Source: an uncultured Rhodospirillaceae bacterium (GTDB lineage: Bacteria > Pseudomonadota > Alphaproteobacteria > UBA7887). Taken from it: a stretch of 33,938 nucleotides of DNA. Below are positions 1 to 9,134 of this stretch, in pieces (position 1 is the first letter of the stretch; every line of letters starts with the position of its first letter). Under the pieces are notes generated by a model, which was not told the origin of the DNA, made no database searches, and was given only the letters and a program-made list of their open reading frames with translations. Made by a program: the position numbers and the translations under genes. Where the stretch lies: positions 1-33,938 of the forward strand of contig CAJWQN010000003.1 in NCBI GenBank assembly GCA_913045505.1, read 5' to 3'.

Positions 1-723
1 CGCCGGGGCCGGCAATCGGGCGACCCGCGCGGTCACCGGGCGGGCTCCAAGATCGGTGTCGTCGCGCAACTGATCCGCCGCCACCCGTTCGATCCCCGGA
101 TGATCGACGGTGACCGCGTTGGCGATCAGGGTCGCGGCGGCATCCGATCCGGCGGCGGTCGCGGCCAGTACGGTGACCGAATCGGCGATGCCCAGGGACA
201 GTGAGCGTCCCCGCCAGCCCGAGGTGGCGAGGCCACGGACGGGCGCGTGATGGGGCAGGTGGATCAGGGCGTCACGGGCCGGCGCGTCGAGATCGGCGAC
301 GAGGCCGGCGTCGAGCGCCTGGCCGGGGGCGAGGTGGAAGGCGATGTCGCCGCCGTTGTTGACATAGGCTTTGCTGAGGGCGCGCCCGGCTGTCAGGGTG
401 GCCAGCACGTCGTCCGCGACCGCGCCGGCGACCGCGGCCATCGGGGTGATGAATTCGCGCCGGTGGGCCCAGACCGCGGCCGCCATCCGCCGCGCGACCG
501 GGCCGTGGAGGACCGGCGGCGCGGCGCCGATGGGGCTCCGGAGCACGTCCAACTCCCCGACCAGGGTCTCCAGAATATCCTGGAATCGATCGACCGCCTG
601 GCGGTACGCGGCCCAGACTTCGCGCTCGGCGCCGAATGCCTGGGCGATGATATCGATCGGCCCGTGCTGCATGTGCAGCCGACCGGTTTCGGCGAGCAGC
701 ATCGCCCGGGGGCCGCCGGTCAC
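1..723 (-). CDS. UPF0280 family (ApbE-superfamily) protein, 3' end runs off the window
   Basis: Not in the ORF track because it has no stop in the window. Read by hand from a GTG at 723 that overlaps the upstream TGA (GTGA). Translation: MTGGPRAMLLAETGRLHMQHGPIDII...FITPMAAVAGAVAD...KAYVNNGGDIA...GLATSGWRGRSLSLGIADSVTVLA...DAAATLIANAV. These are UPF0280 motifs. Confidence 0.88.
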   Translation of the reverse strand, partial: MTGGPRAMLLAETGRLHMQHGPIDIIAQAFGAEREVWAAYRQAVDRFQDILETLVGELDVLRSPIGAAPPVLHGPVARRMAAAVWAHRREFITPMAAVAGAVADDVLATLTAGRALSKAYVNNGGDIAFHLAPGQALDAGLVADLDAPARDALIHLPHHAPVRGLATSGWRGRSLSLGIADSVTVLAATAAGSDAAATLIANAVTVDHPGIERVAADQLRDDTDLGARPVTARVARLPAPA

Positions 724-2162
724 GGCCGGTCTCCGGGCCACGGTGTCGCCGAATCCCATGGCGTGGTGGCGTGGCGGGTCTCGGCCAACACCTCCTCCAG
801 CGCCACGATCGAAGCCACATGGCCGCCGAGAGCGGCGTGATCGGCCCGCGCCATGGTGAACTCGATCGGGGCGACCAGGGCCGGGGTCGGCACGTAGCCG
901 AACGATCGCGCCGGCATTTTCGTGACATCGACCATGAAGGTGATGCCGCCGCCCGGCCAGACATAGACCGGGGCGCCGCCGCAGGTCACTTTGGTCAGCG
1001 CCTGCTTCACCGAACGGGTCAGCCGAACCGGATTTTCGGTCACGCCCGAGCGCAACGAGCCACCGGCCCCGGCCATGAACAGCACCGTGCACAAGGCCGG
1101 CTCGCAGTTCTCGGCGATCCGCGCGACCGCTTGCGCGATCGGGGCCGGCATCGCCTCGGGTCGCGGTGTCAAGCCTTCGTCGAGCCGGTACCAGGCCGCG
1201 TCCTCGCCGGTGGTCGAGACCATCAGCAGACGGAGCCCCGGCCAGGCGGCGGCCGGATCGATCCGCTCGATGATGTCGAGCGGATCGGAGATATCGGTGC
1301 CGCCCCAGCCCGCGCCCGGTTCGGCGACCTGGAAGTAGCGGCCCGGCGTGGACCGCCGTCCGCGCACCCGTATGCCGGCCGGCCGCATGTCGAGAAAGCG
1401 CCCGGCCTGATGCTCGGTGAGCACGCCGGTGATGTGATCATCGACCACCACCACCTCGTCGGCATGGCCGTGCCATTGCCGGGCGAACATGCCGATGGTC
1501 GCCGACCCGCATCCGACCCGCATCCGCTCTTCGGTCTCGCCATCGACCACCGGAGGGGCGCCGGCCTCGATCACGACCTCGGCGCCGCTCTCGACAGCGA
1601 CCGTGACCGGCGCGCGGTTGCACAGATCGAGCAGCGCCCGGCAGGTCACCGTCCCTTCCCGCTTGGAGCCGCCGGTCAAATGGCGGACACCGCCCAACGC
1701 CAGCATCTGGGAGCCGTACTCGGCGGTGGTGACATGGCCGATCTGGGCGCCGTCGCTGAGTACGCGCGCCTGTTCGGGGCCGAGATAGCGGTCGGTGTCG
1801 ATTTTCACCTTGAGCCCGCAATAGCTGAAAATGCCCTCCGAAACGACGGTCACCATGTCGACGTCGCCATGGCGGCTGGCGACGACGAACGGCGCCGGCT
1901 TGTAATCGGGATAGGTGGTGCCGGCGCCGATGCCGGTAACGAAGCGATCGGCTGGGCCGAGCACCTCACCGTTCCAATCGGCGCTGGCCTCGGCGAACGG
2001 TACCAGCCGTTCGGCACGCTCCGCCACCACCAGCGGATCGACCCGGGTCAGCACCCCGTCGCAGTTGGCGTAGCGGTCGCAGGCGCCGGCCTTGCCCGGG
2101 CGAATCCGACACAGCACCGGGCAGGCGTCGCAGCGGACCAGGCCGTCGTCGCCTTCAGCCAT
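720..2162 (-). CDS. hnr: 6-hydroxynicotinate reductase homolog (Fe-S flavoprotein)
   Basis: N-terminal Cys cluster CDACPVLC...GACDRYAN, plus GAGTTYPDYKPAP, RVGCGSATIG, VVVVDDHITG, STPGRYF and VYVWPGGGIT. Lies between a Mo-hydroxylase gene and a UPF0280 gene, the usual arrangement in proteobacterial nicotinate clusters. Confidence 0.85.
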   Translation of the reverse strand: MAEGDDGLVRCDACPVLCRIRPGKAGACDRYANCDGVLTRVDPLVVAERAERLVPFAEASADWNGEVLGPADRFVTGIGAGTTYPDYKPAPFVVASRHGDVDMVTVVSEGIFSYCGLKVKIDTDRYLGPEQARVLSDGAQIGHVTTAEYGSQMLALGGVRHLTGGSKREGTVTCRALLDLCNRAPVTVAVESGAEVVIEAGAPPVVDGETEERMRVGCGSATIGMFARQWHGHADEVVVVDDHITGVLTEHQAGRFLDMRPAGIRVRGRRSTPGRYFQVAEPGAGWGGTDISDPLDIIERIDPAAAWPGLRLLMVSTTGEDAAWYRLDEGLTPRPEAMPAPIAQAVARIAENCEPALCTVLFMAGAGGSLRSGVTENPVRLTRSVKQALTKVTCGGAPVYVWPGGGITFMVDVTKMPARSFGYVPTPALVAPIEFTMARADHAALGGHVASIVALEEVLAETRHATTPWDSATPWPGDRP

Positions 2163-4905
2163 TGGCCCGCTCCATGTCTCGAATGGCGGCGCGCAGCCGG
2201 TGCGGCAAGGCGGGCACGCGGGTGACGCGGACGCCGGTGGCGTGACGGATCGCGCCGAGGATGGCCGGCGCGGTCGGAATCAAAGCCGGCTCGCCGACGC
2301 CCTTGGCACCGAACGGTCCCAGCGGCTCGGCCTGCTCGATCAAGGTCACCGTGATCCCGGGCATGTCACAGAAGGTGGGGATCAGATAGTCGTGCAAGTT
2401 CTCGGTCCGTCCCGGCAGATATTCCTCCATCAAGGCAAGACCCAGACCCTGGGCGATGCCGCCGTGAATCTGACCTTCGGTCAAAGTTGGGTTGATCGCC
2501 CGGCCGACATCATGGGCGGCGTGGATATAGACAGGCCTGGTCATGCCCAAGGCCAGGTCCACATCGACCACCGCCATTTGGGCGGCGAAAGCGTAAGTCG
2601 CGTAGGGCGTGCCCTGGCCGTCGGCGTCGAGCGGCGTGGTCGGTGGATCGAACCGGCCCGCGCCGGCGAGCACCGCCCCATCGGCGTCCTCGGGCAGGGC
2701 GGTCAAATCGATCCGGTGCCGCGCGCCGCCGTCGGTCACGGTAAGACTTGGCCCATCGAGGTCGAGAGAAGCGTCGGCGCCGGCGTTGACCAGGCGCAAT
2801 ATCCGCTGCGTCAAGTCTTCTCCGGCAAGCTGCGCGGCGCGGCCGGAGATGAAGGTCTGGCGGGAGGCCGAAGTCTTGCCGGCATCATCCGTGCGGTCGG
2901 TGTCGCCAACCACCATCCGGACCCGATCCACCGGGACGCCCAGCGTATCGGCGACGACCTGAGCCAGGACGGTGCTCGATCCCTGGCCGATATCGACCGC
3001 GCCGTTGTAGAGCGTGAGTGTCCCATCGCGCGACAGGGCCAGACGCATGGTTGAGGGATTGCTCGGTGCCGTATTGCCGATGCCGTACCACATGCAGCCG
3101 ATGCCGACGCCGCGTCGGCTCCGGGGGTCGGCGGCGTTGAACGCCTCCGCCTCGGCCAGCGCCGCGTGCCAATCGGGGAGGAGCGCCTCCAGGCAGGCGG
3201 CGAGGCCGACACTGTCGCCGAGAACTTGCCCGGTCGCGGTCCGATCGCCGGGCCGGAGCGCGTTTCGCGATCGAATCTCGAGACGGTCGATGTTCAAGCT
3301 CGCGGCCAAATCGTCGATCAGCGCCTCATGGGCGATCGCGGTCTGGGGCACGCCGAAGCCCCGGAAGGCGCCGGCCGGGGCGGTATTGGTAAAGTAGGCC
3401 CGACCCCGCGCCCGAACATTGGCCAGCCGGTATGGCCCGCAGCCGTGGATCGGCACCCGGCCGGCAACGGTCGGCCCCCAAGACGCATAAGCCCCGGTGT
3501 CGAACACCGCATCCACGGACGCCGCCCGCAACCGGCCCTCGTCATCGGCGCCGATCCGGGCGGTGATCCGCGCGGCGTGGCGCTTGGTCGAGGCGGCCAT
3601 GCTCTCGGGCCGGTCGAGGACCCAGGCCACGGGTCTCCCCTCCAACCAGGCGGCGCGGGCGATCAGGGGCTGGACCAGCAGATCGAGCTTGCCGCCGAAG
3701 CCGCCGCCGCAAGTGGTGGGAACGATCCGCACCTGGTCCGGGGCCAAGCCCAGAACATGGGCGGTCTCGTCACGATCCATATAGGGGGTCTGGGTGCTGA
3801 CGTGGATTTCAATCCGATCGCCCGTGCGCCGCGCCCAGCCGGCCTCGGGCTCGATATAGGCGTGCTCCACGGCCGAGGTCTCGAACACGCCTTCGGCCAG
3901 GGCCGCGCAGTCGGCCCATGCGCGGTCCGCGTCACCGCTGACGACACCGCCCTCGACAAGCAGATTGCCGGGCTTGTCGGCCTGGACCCGGGGCGCATCC
4001 TTGGCCATGGCCGCGTCGAGACCATGGACGGCTTGAATCGGCTCGTAGGACACCGGCACCGAGCCCGCGTCGACCAGGGCCAGGCTGTCGCGGTCGCCGA
4101 CGAGGGCCAGCACCGCCTCGCCCCGATACCGGGCCAGGCCGTCGGCGAGCACCGGCTGATCCCTGAGTTCCGGGTAGATGCCGAAAGCGTTACAGGGCAG
4201 GTCGGCGGCGGCGAGCACCCGGACCAGGCCCGGATGGGCGGCGCGGAGTGGGCCCAGTTCGCCGACGGTGAATCGGGCCGGATAGGGGGCGCGCACCGCC
4301 TTCAGCCACAAGGCTCCGGTCGGCACCGCGTCGGCGCCGAACCGGGCTTCGCCGGTCAGCTTGGCGATGCCGTCCACCTTGACGGTCCGGGCGCCGACCG
4401 CGGCCCCGGAGGATGGCACCTTACCTCCGTCATCACCTCCCACGTCGAGCACTGCGTCGACGATTTTCCGATACCCGGTGCATCGGCACAGGACGCCGCC
4501 GAGGGCATCGGCAACTTCTTGCTCGGTGGGCGCCGGTGTGTGGCGCAACAAATCGGTGGCCGCGATCAGCAGGCCCGGCGCGCAGATGCCACATTGCGCC
4601 GCGCCGTGGCGGTGAAACGCGGCCTGGAGCGGGCCGAACTCGAGTCCCTCGACCGTGGTCACTTCGGACCCGGCGATGCGGCCCAGGGGCACCAGGCAGC
4701 TACAGAACTGGGCGCCGTCGATCAGCACCGTGCAGGCGCCACAGTCACCGGCGTCGCAGCCGACCTTGGTGCCGGTCAGGCCCAGATCGTCGCGCAACGC
4801 GGCGGCGAGCCGTTTGGCTGGCGCCGCCGCCACCGTGATCGGCCGCCCGTTGACCGTGAACGCGATGGCTTCGGCCCCGGCGATCGGGGCAGTGGCATCG
4901 TTCAT
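2155..4905 (-). CDS. Xanthine-oxidase-family molybdenum hydroxylase with fused 2x[2Fe-2S] and molybdopterin-binding domains (probable nicotinate dehydrogenase)
   Basis: Fe-S motifs GTKVGCDAGDCGAC...SC and QCGICAPG...LCRCTGY. Mo-domain motifs GGGFGGK, AFRGFG, GQG and AKGVGEP (catalytic Glu). Substrate is inferred from the adjacent hnr. Confidence 0.9.
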   Translation of the reverse strand: MNDATAPIAGAEAIAFTVNGRPITVAAAPAKRLAAALRDDLGLTGTKVGCDAGDCGACTVLIDGAQFCSCLVPLGRIAGSEVTTVEGLEFGPLQAAFHRHGAAQCGICAPGLLIAATDLLRHTPAPTEQEVADALGGVLCRCTGYRKIVDAVLDVGGDDGGKVPSSGAAVGARTVKVDGIAKLTGEARFGADAVPTGALWLKAVRAPYPARFTVGELGPLRAAHPGLVRVLAAADLPCNAFGIYPELRDQPVLADGLARYRGEAVLALVGDRDSLALVDAGSVPVSYEPIQAVHGLDAAMAKDAPRVQADKPGNLLVEGGVVSGDADRAWADCAALAEGVFETSAVEHAYIEPEAGWARRTGDRIEIHVSTQTPYMDRDETAHVLGLAPDQVRIVPTTCGGGFGGKLDLLVQPLIARAAWLEGRPVAWVLDRPESMAASTKRHAARITARIGADDEGRLRAASVDAVFDTGAYASWGPTVAGRVPIHGCGPYRLANVRARGRAYFTNTAPAGAFRGFGVPQTAIAHEALIDDLAASLNIDRLEIRSRNALRPGDRTATGQVLGDSVGLAACLEALLPDWHAALAEAEAFNAADPRSRRGVGIGCMWYGIGNTAPSNPSTMRLALSRDGTLTLYNGAVDIGQGSSTVLAQVVADTLGVPVDRVRMVVGDTDRTDDAGKTSASRQTFISGRAAQLAGEDLTQRILRLVNAGADASLDLDGPSLTVTDGGARHRIDLTALPEDADGAVLAGAGRFDPPTTPLDADGQGTPYATYAFAAQMAVVDVDLALGMTRPVYIHAAHDVGRAINPTLTEGQIHGGIAQGLGLALMEEYLPGRTENLHDYLIPTFCDMPGITVTLIEQAEPLGPFGAKGVGEPALIPTAPAILGAIRHATGVRVTRVPALPHRLRAAIRDMERANG

Positions 4906-5747
4906 GGGTTCGCCGCCAGGGATTCGAGGGTCCGGCGGATCACGGTCAGGGCGGCGTCGCGGCGATATGCGGCGCTGGCGCGCGCATCGTCGATCGGCGC
5001 CAGGGGCCCTAGATGCGAATCCTGGGCGATCCCGCCCAAGGCCGAGGTCAGCGGCTCACCTACCAGGGCCGCCTCGAGCGCGGGTAGCCGGCAGGCGAGG
5101 GGCGAGCAGGCGCCGACCGCGACCCGCGCCGCGACCACCACGCCCGCCAACGACACCTCGATCACGGCCGCGACCATGACGATCGATATCACCAGAGAGG
5201 CCCGGGCGCCCAATTTGGTGAACGCGCCATACGCGCGGGGCGCGGCCGGCTTGGGGATCAGGATCGCGGTCATCAATTGGTTGGGGCGGCGTGCGGTCCT
5301 GCGGTTGCCGGTGACGAACTGGCCCACCGGCAAGGTCTCGATGCCCCCGACCGATGACAGTTCGACACGGCCATCAAGGCTCATCATAGCCGGAATCCCG
5401 TCGGCCGCGGGCGATGCGTTGCACAAATTGCCGCACAGGGTACCGGCGTTCTGAATCTGGATGCCGCCGATCGCGGACGCGGCGCATTTGAGACCGTCGA
5501 ACAGCGCCGGCAGCGGCGCCCGCGACAGATCGGTCCAGGTCGCCAACGCGCCGACGCGCCAATGATCGCCCCGGTCCGCGATCCCGCGCAGTTCGGCCAC
5601 GGCGCTGATGTCGAGGAGGTCGCCGGGGACCGCCCGGCCGACATGGGCCGGATAGACGTCGGTGCCGCCAGCGATGACGGTGGCGGTGGCGCGGTCTAGC
5701 GCCGCCAGCGCCTCGGATAGTTTTGTTGGCCGTGCGTAGCCGACCAT
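4902..5747 (-). CDS. Molybdenum hydroxylase FAD-binding subunit (CoxM/XdhB/NdhF type)
   Basis: IAGGTD, IQNAGTLCGNLCNASPAADG and PIDDARASAAYRR motifs. Start moved to ATG 5747, downstream of GGAGG at 5765-5761. ATGA overlap with the next gene. Confidence 0.9.
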   Translation of the reverse strand: MVGYARPTKLSEALAALDRATATVIAGGTDVYPAHVGRAVPGDLLDISAVAELRGIADRGDHWRVGALATWTDLSRAPLPALFDGLKCAASAIGGIQIQNAGTLCGNLCNASPAADGIPAMMSLDGRVELSSVGGIETLPVGQFVTGNRRTARRPNQLMTAILIPKPAAPRAYGAFTKLGARASLVISIVMVAAVIEVSLAGVVVAARVAVGACSPLACRLPALEAALVGEPLTSALGGIAQDSHLGPLAPIDDARASAAYRRDAALTVIRRTLESLAANP

Positions 5748-5772
5748 GGCTGCAAGCGAGCCTCCGCCACAA

Positions 5773-5794
5773 GATCGTTTGTACACATACGATC
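5773..5794. promoter_or_regulatory. 22-bp imperfect palindrome, putative MarR (NicR-like) operator
   Basis: GATCGTTTGTACACATACGATC matches its reverse complement at 18 of 22 positions. It is AT-rich and lies just upstream of the RBS of the first nicotinate gene. Confidence 0.6.
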
Positions 5795-5847
5795 ACCGAC
5801 GGGCGCGCGAATCAAGGTTTTGTTGGGCTTGGACAGGCGGCCGGGGT

Positions 5848-6306
5848 TCAGGTCAGCTTCTTGAGCAGGTCCAGAAACAGGGCGCGGTCGGCCGGCGACA
5901 AGGGCTCCAGGATCGCGTCGCTGACCCGGAATCCGTTCGGGATCAAGCGTTCGACCAACGCCGTCCCGGCCGAAGTGAGGCGCAGCAGATTGCGGCGGCG
6001 GTCGTTGGGATCGGGACGGGTGGCGATCAGGCCGCGATCGATAAGGCGCCGGGTCACGCCTTGGACCGTGGCCGGGTCCATGGCGGTGAGGCGGCCGAGG
6101 TGATTCTGCGACAATTCGCCGCCATCGGCCAGCTCGACCAGGGCGGCGAATTGGGTCGGCGTGATCCGGGGATCGCCGATATGGGCTTGGAAGTGGGCGG
6201 TCGCGCGTTGATGGGCGCGGCGCAGCACATGGCCGACTTGATCTTCAAGCCGGTATGGAAGTTCCGCCGCCGCCGGGGCAGCCGGCTTCGATCCCGAATG
6301 CGCCAT
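5848..6306 (-). CDS. MarR-family transcriptional regulator, NicR/BpsR-like
   Basis: YRLEDQVGHVLRRAHQR...ITPTQFAALVEL...SQNHLGRLTAMDPATVQGVTRRLIDRGLI...DPNDRR winged-helix pattern. Adjacent to the nicotinate genes. Confidence 0.9.
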   Translation of the reverse strand: MAHSGSKPAAPAAAELPYRLEDQVGHVLRRAHQRATAHFQAHIGDPRITPTQFAALVELADGGELSQNHLGRLTAMDPATVQGVTRRLIDRGLIATRPDPNDRRRNLLRLTSAGTALVERLIPNGFRVSDAILEPLSPADRALFLDLLKKLT

Positions 6307-6418
6307 AGCCCGTCTCTATCACAGCCCGAGGGCCGCCGACAGGGCGTCGGTATGGGGGCTGTCGCGATCGGGGTCCGTGGGATAGTCTCGCGCTCTGGCA
6401 GCCACCGGAGGCGAAAGC

Positions 6419-7300
6419 GTGACTTCAACGACTTCCGATCATGCGGTAACCGTGGTTATTCCGGCGTTCAACGAGCAGGACGGAATCGGCGATCAAATCG
6501 TCAAGGTTCGCGAGGCTCTCGGCGAGACCGACTGGCGGCACGAGCTGATCGTGGTCGATGACGGATCGACCGATGACACCGCGGCCGAGGCCGCCCGGCA
6601 CGACGTTCGGCTGATCCGCCAGCCGCACAATCACGGCTACGGATCGGCCTTGCGCAAGGGGATCGCCGCAGCCGAAACCGAATGGGTGCTGATCATCGAC
6701 GCCGACGGCACCTACCCGGCGAGAGCGATCCCGAGCCTGCTCGCCCAAAGCCCGGACCACGACATGGTGATCGGCGCCAGAACCGGCTCCGAGGTTCACA
6801 TCCCCTTGATCCGGCGGCCGGCCAAATGGCTGCTCAACAAGCTCGCCAATTACCTCGCCGAGCAGAAAATTCCGGATCTCAACTCGGGCCTGCGCCTGAT
6901 GCGCAAACCGCTGGTCGCGCGCTACGAACATATTCTGCCGCTGGGTTTTTCCTACACCACCACCATCACCTTGGCGGCGTTGTGCAATGGCCATGAGGTC
7001 AGTTACGTGTCGATCGACTATTTGCGCCGGGTCGGCCGCTCCAAGATTCGACCGGCTCATGCCCTGCAGTTCGCGATTCTGATCATTCGCACCATCACCT
7101 TGTTCAATCCGTTGCGCATTTTCATTCCAGCCGGCGCGGTCCCGTTCCTGGGCGGCCTGGCCAAGCTCGCTTACGACCTGAGAGACGCCAATATTTCCGA
7201 TGGCGCGATCATGGGACTTCTGGCCGGATTGCTGATCTGGTCGGTCGGTATTCTGGCCGACGCGGCCGCCCGGATCACGTTCGGCTTCCGGCCCAAATGA
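6419..7300 (+). CDS. Glycosyltransferase family 2, polyprenol-phosphate glycosyltransferase (DPM1/GtrB-like)
   Basis: VVIPAFNE, IVVDDGSTDDT, NHGYGSA, DxD motif IDADGTY, DLNSGLRL, and two C-terminal hydrophobic helices. GGAGG RBS at 6407-6411 before the GTG. Confidence 0.92.
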   Translation: MTSTTSDHAVTVVIPAFNEQDGIGDQIVKVREALGETDWRHELIVVDDGSTDDTAAEAARHDVRLIRQPHNHGYGSALRKGIAAAETEWVLIIDADGTYPARAIPSLLAQSPDHDMVIGARTGSEVHIPLIRRPAKWLLNKLANYLAEQKIPDLNSGLRLMRKPLVARYEHILPLGFSYTTTITLAALCNGHEVSYVSIDYLRRVGRSKIRPAHALQFAILIIRTITLFNPLRIFIPAGAVPFLGGLAKLAYDLRDANISDGAIMGLLAGLLIWSVGILADAAARITFGFRPK

Positions 7301-8220
7301 GCCCCGGCCGATTGATTCCGATCGCCGGTAGCGCGGTGTTGCTGGTGGCGCTGGCGATGTTGCTCCCGCTTGCCGAGATATGGCGCGGACTGGGCGCGGT
7401 GCCGGTCGAGGTCTGGCTGCTGGCGGTTGGCGGGTTTCTGGCCTGTCACGGATTGGGCGCTCTCAAGTGGTCGCGCATGCTCGAGGTCGCGGCGGTGCGC
7501 CTGCGGTTTCGGAACGTGCTGCGGTACTACCTGGCCGGCCTGGCGGGAAATCTGATGTTGCCGTCGGTGATCGGTGGCGATGTGATCAGTGTCGGTCTCG
7601 CCGCGCGCCGGGCCGACAATTCCGCCGGGGCGATCTTGGGCTCGGTCCTCAACCGGCTCCTTGACGCCGGTGCGCTGGCCCTGTTTGTCGCCATCGGCCT
7701 CGCCGCTCTGCCCGGCGGATTGGTGGCGTTGAATATCGACCTGCCCTGGAATTGGCTCGCCGTGGCCGTGCTCGCGGTGGTCCTTCTCGGTGGATTCGGC
7801 ATCCCAGCGGCGCTCAGGCGGTTGCCGCGCCGCCAGCGGGTGCATCTGCGCCAAGCTACACGAGCAATCGTGGGGCAACCGTTGCCGATCCTGGCCGCGT
7901 TCGGCCTCGGCGTGGCGATGCAAGCGGGCTTGATCGCGTTGACCATTCTGCTCGGCACCGCGGTCGGCCTCGAGCTGCCGCTGTCGGTTTGGCTGATGGC
8001 CTGGGCTCTGGCGAAGCTGGCGGCATTCCTGCCGATCAGCCAGGCCGGGATCGGCACCCGCGAGGTGGCGTTCGCGATCGCCATCGCGCCGTTTGGCGCG
8101 CCTCCATCCCTGGCCGTGGCGGCGGCGCTGGCCTGGAACGCGGTCCTGGTCTGCGGCTGCGCGCTCGCCGGACTACTCGCCGGCCTGATTCCGCCCGCGG
8201 GAGTCTCCAGCGAGTCATGA
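7297..8220 (+). CDS. Lysylphosphatidylglycerol-synthase TM / UPF0104 flippase-like membrane protein
   Basis: Highly hydrophobic, with family motifs [15 protein letters not shown] and [16 protein letters not shown] overlap with GT2. Confidence 0.8.
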   Translation: MSPGRLIPIAGSAVLLVALAMLLPLAEIWRGLGAVPVEVWLLAVGGFLACHGLGALKWSRMLEVAAVRLRFRNVLRYYLAGLAGNLMLPSVIGGDVISVGLAARRADNSAGAILGSVLNRLLDAGALALFVAIGLAALPGGLVALNIDLPWNWLAVAVLAVVLLGGFGIPAALRRLPRRQRVHLRQATRAIVGQPLPILAAFGLGVAMQAGLIALTILLGTAVGLELPLSVWLMAWALAKLAAFLPISQAGIGTREVAFAIAIAPFGAPPSLAVAAALAWNAVLVCGCALAGLLAGLIPPAGVSSES

Positions 8221-9134
8221 AGTTATGGGAACGGGCAGTCCTGTTCGCCCCGCCGGTGGCGATTCTGGCGGCCAGCCTGATCGCCACCGGATTGGACACC
8301 GGCACGGTTCGGCTTTGGCGGGTGCCGGTTCACGAGGACGGCCGGCGAGATCTGTTGGAGACGGTGTTCTATTTCGAGCACGCGGTGCGCGAGCTGCCCC
8401 TGGATCTGGTGTTGGGCATTGGCCTGGCGGCGGCGATGGCGGCCTTTTATCCGCGCGCGCGCCCCGGTCCGCGCCCGACCCGGTGGTGGGTCTGGACGGC
8501 CTTTGTGATCACGGTTCTTCTGATCGGATCGGTGGTCAGCGTCGGTGCCGTGGCGAGTCTGCAAAATCTCTCGCAGATGCCGACCCGACCGGGCGCGCCG
8601 TTGGCCTGGGGGCACCATTGGCAATATCATTTGCTGAGCCGTTTGGCGGTGCTGTTGGCCGGATTCGCGGCCGCGGGCCTGCTTGGCGACCGCGGCGGCG
8701 CCGGCAGCCCGCGTCCGTTCGCCGCCACGCTGATCGGGTTCGCGGCGCTGACGGCGATCTTTATCCCGGGCTTGGAGCCGTTCATGGACCCGCTTTACCT
8801 GGGCCACCAGGCGCGCGAGCTGTTCACCCAAGCATTGGTCACCATGCCGCTCGGCCTCGGCGTTTGCCTTTGGCTTGCCGGGCGGGACAGCAGCGAAACC
8901 GCGCCCCCGCGACGGGGCGCGATCATGTTGTGCGGCGGCGCGGCGGCGGCGATCGGCGCCTACCTGGCCGGCGGAATACTCCTCGCCGAGTCCTATGCCC
9001 TGCGCCAGAGCCCCGGATTCGTGCCGGTGGTGTTCGGGCATTTTCTGGAGAGCGTTCCGACCTTCGTGGTGGTGCCGCTGGTGGCCGGGGCGGTCTACCT
9101 GCGGCTTGCCGGGGCGGGGCGCGGGGCGCGATGA
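8217..9134 (+). CDS. Uncharacterised multi-pass membrane protein (about 305 aa)
   Basis: ATG at 8217 overlaps the upstream TGA and its stop overlaps the next ATG. About 8 hydrophobic segments. No family recognised. Confidence 0.75.
   Translation: MKLWERAVLFAPPVAILAASLIATGLDTGTVRLWRVPVHEDGRRDLLETVFYFEHAVRELPLDLVLGIGLAAAMAAFYPRARPGPRPTRWWVWTAFVITVLLIGSVVSVGAVASLQNLSQMPTRPGAPLAWGHHWQYHLLSRLAVLLAGFAAAGLLGDRGGAGSPRPFAATLIGFAALTAIFIPGLEPFMDPLYLGHQARELFTQALVTMPLGLGVCLWLAGRDSSETAPPRRGAIMLCGGAAAAIGAYLAGGILLAESYALRQSPGFVPVVFGHFLESVPTFVVVPLVAGAVYLRLAGAGRGAR

Noticed and set aside
7752-9130. N-terminal extensions in the ORF track (7752, 8225, 10453, 16067, 17738, 18976, 29575) suggesting fusion proteins
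   Set aside because: The extensions overlap real upstream genes in another frame. Internal starts with RBS or stop/start coupling (8217, 9131, 10537, 16313, 18104, 19075, 30637) fit better.
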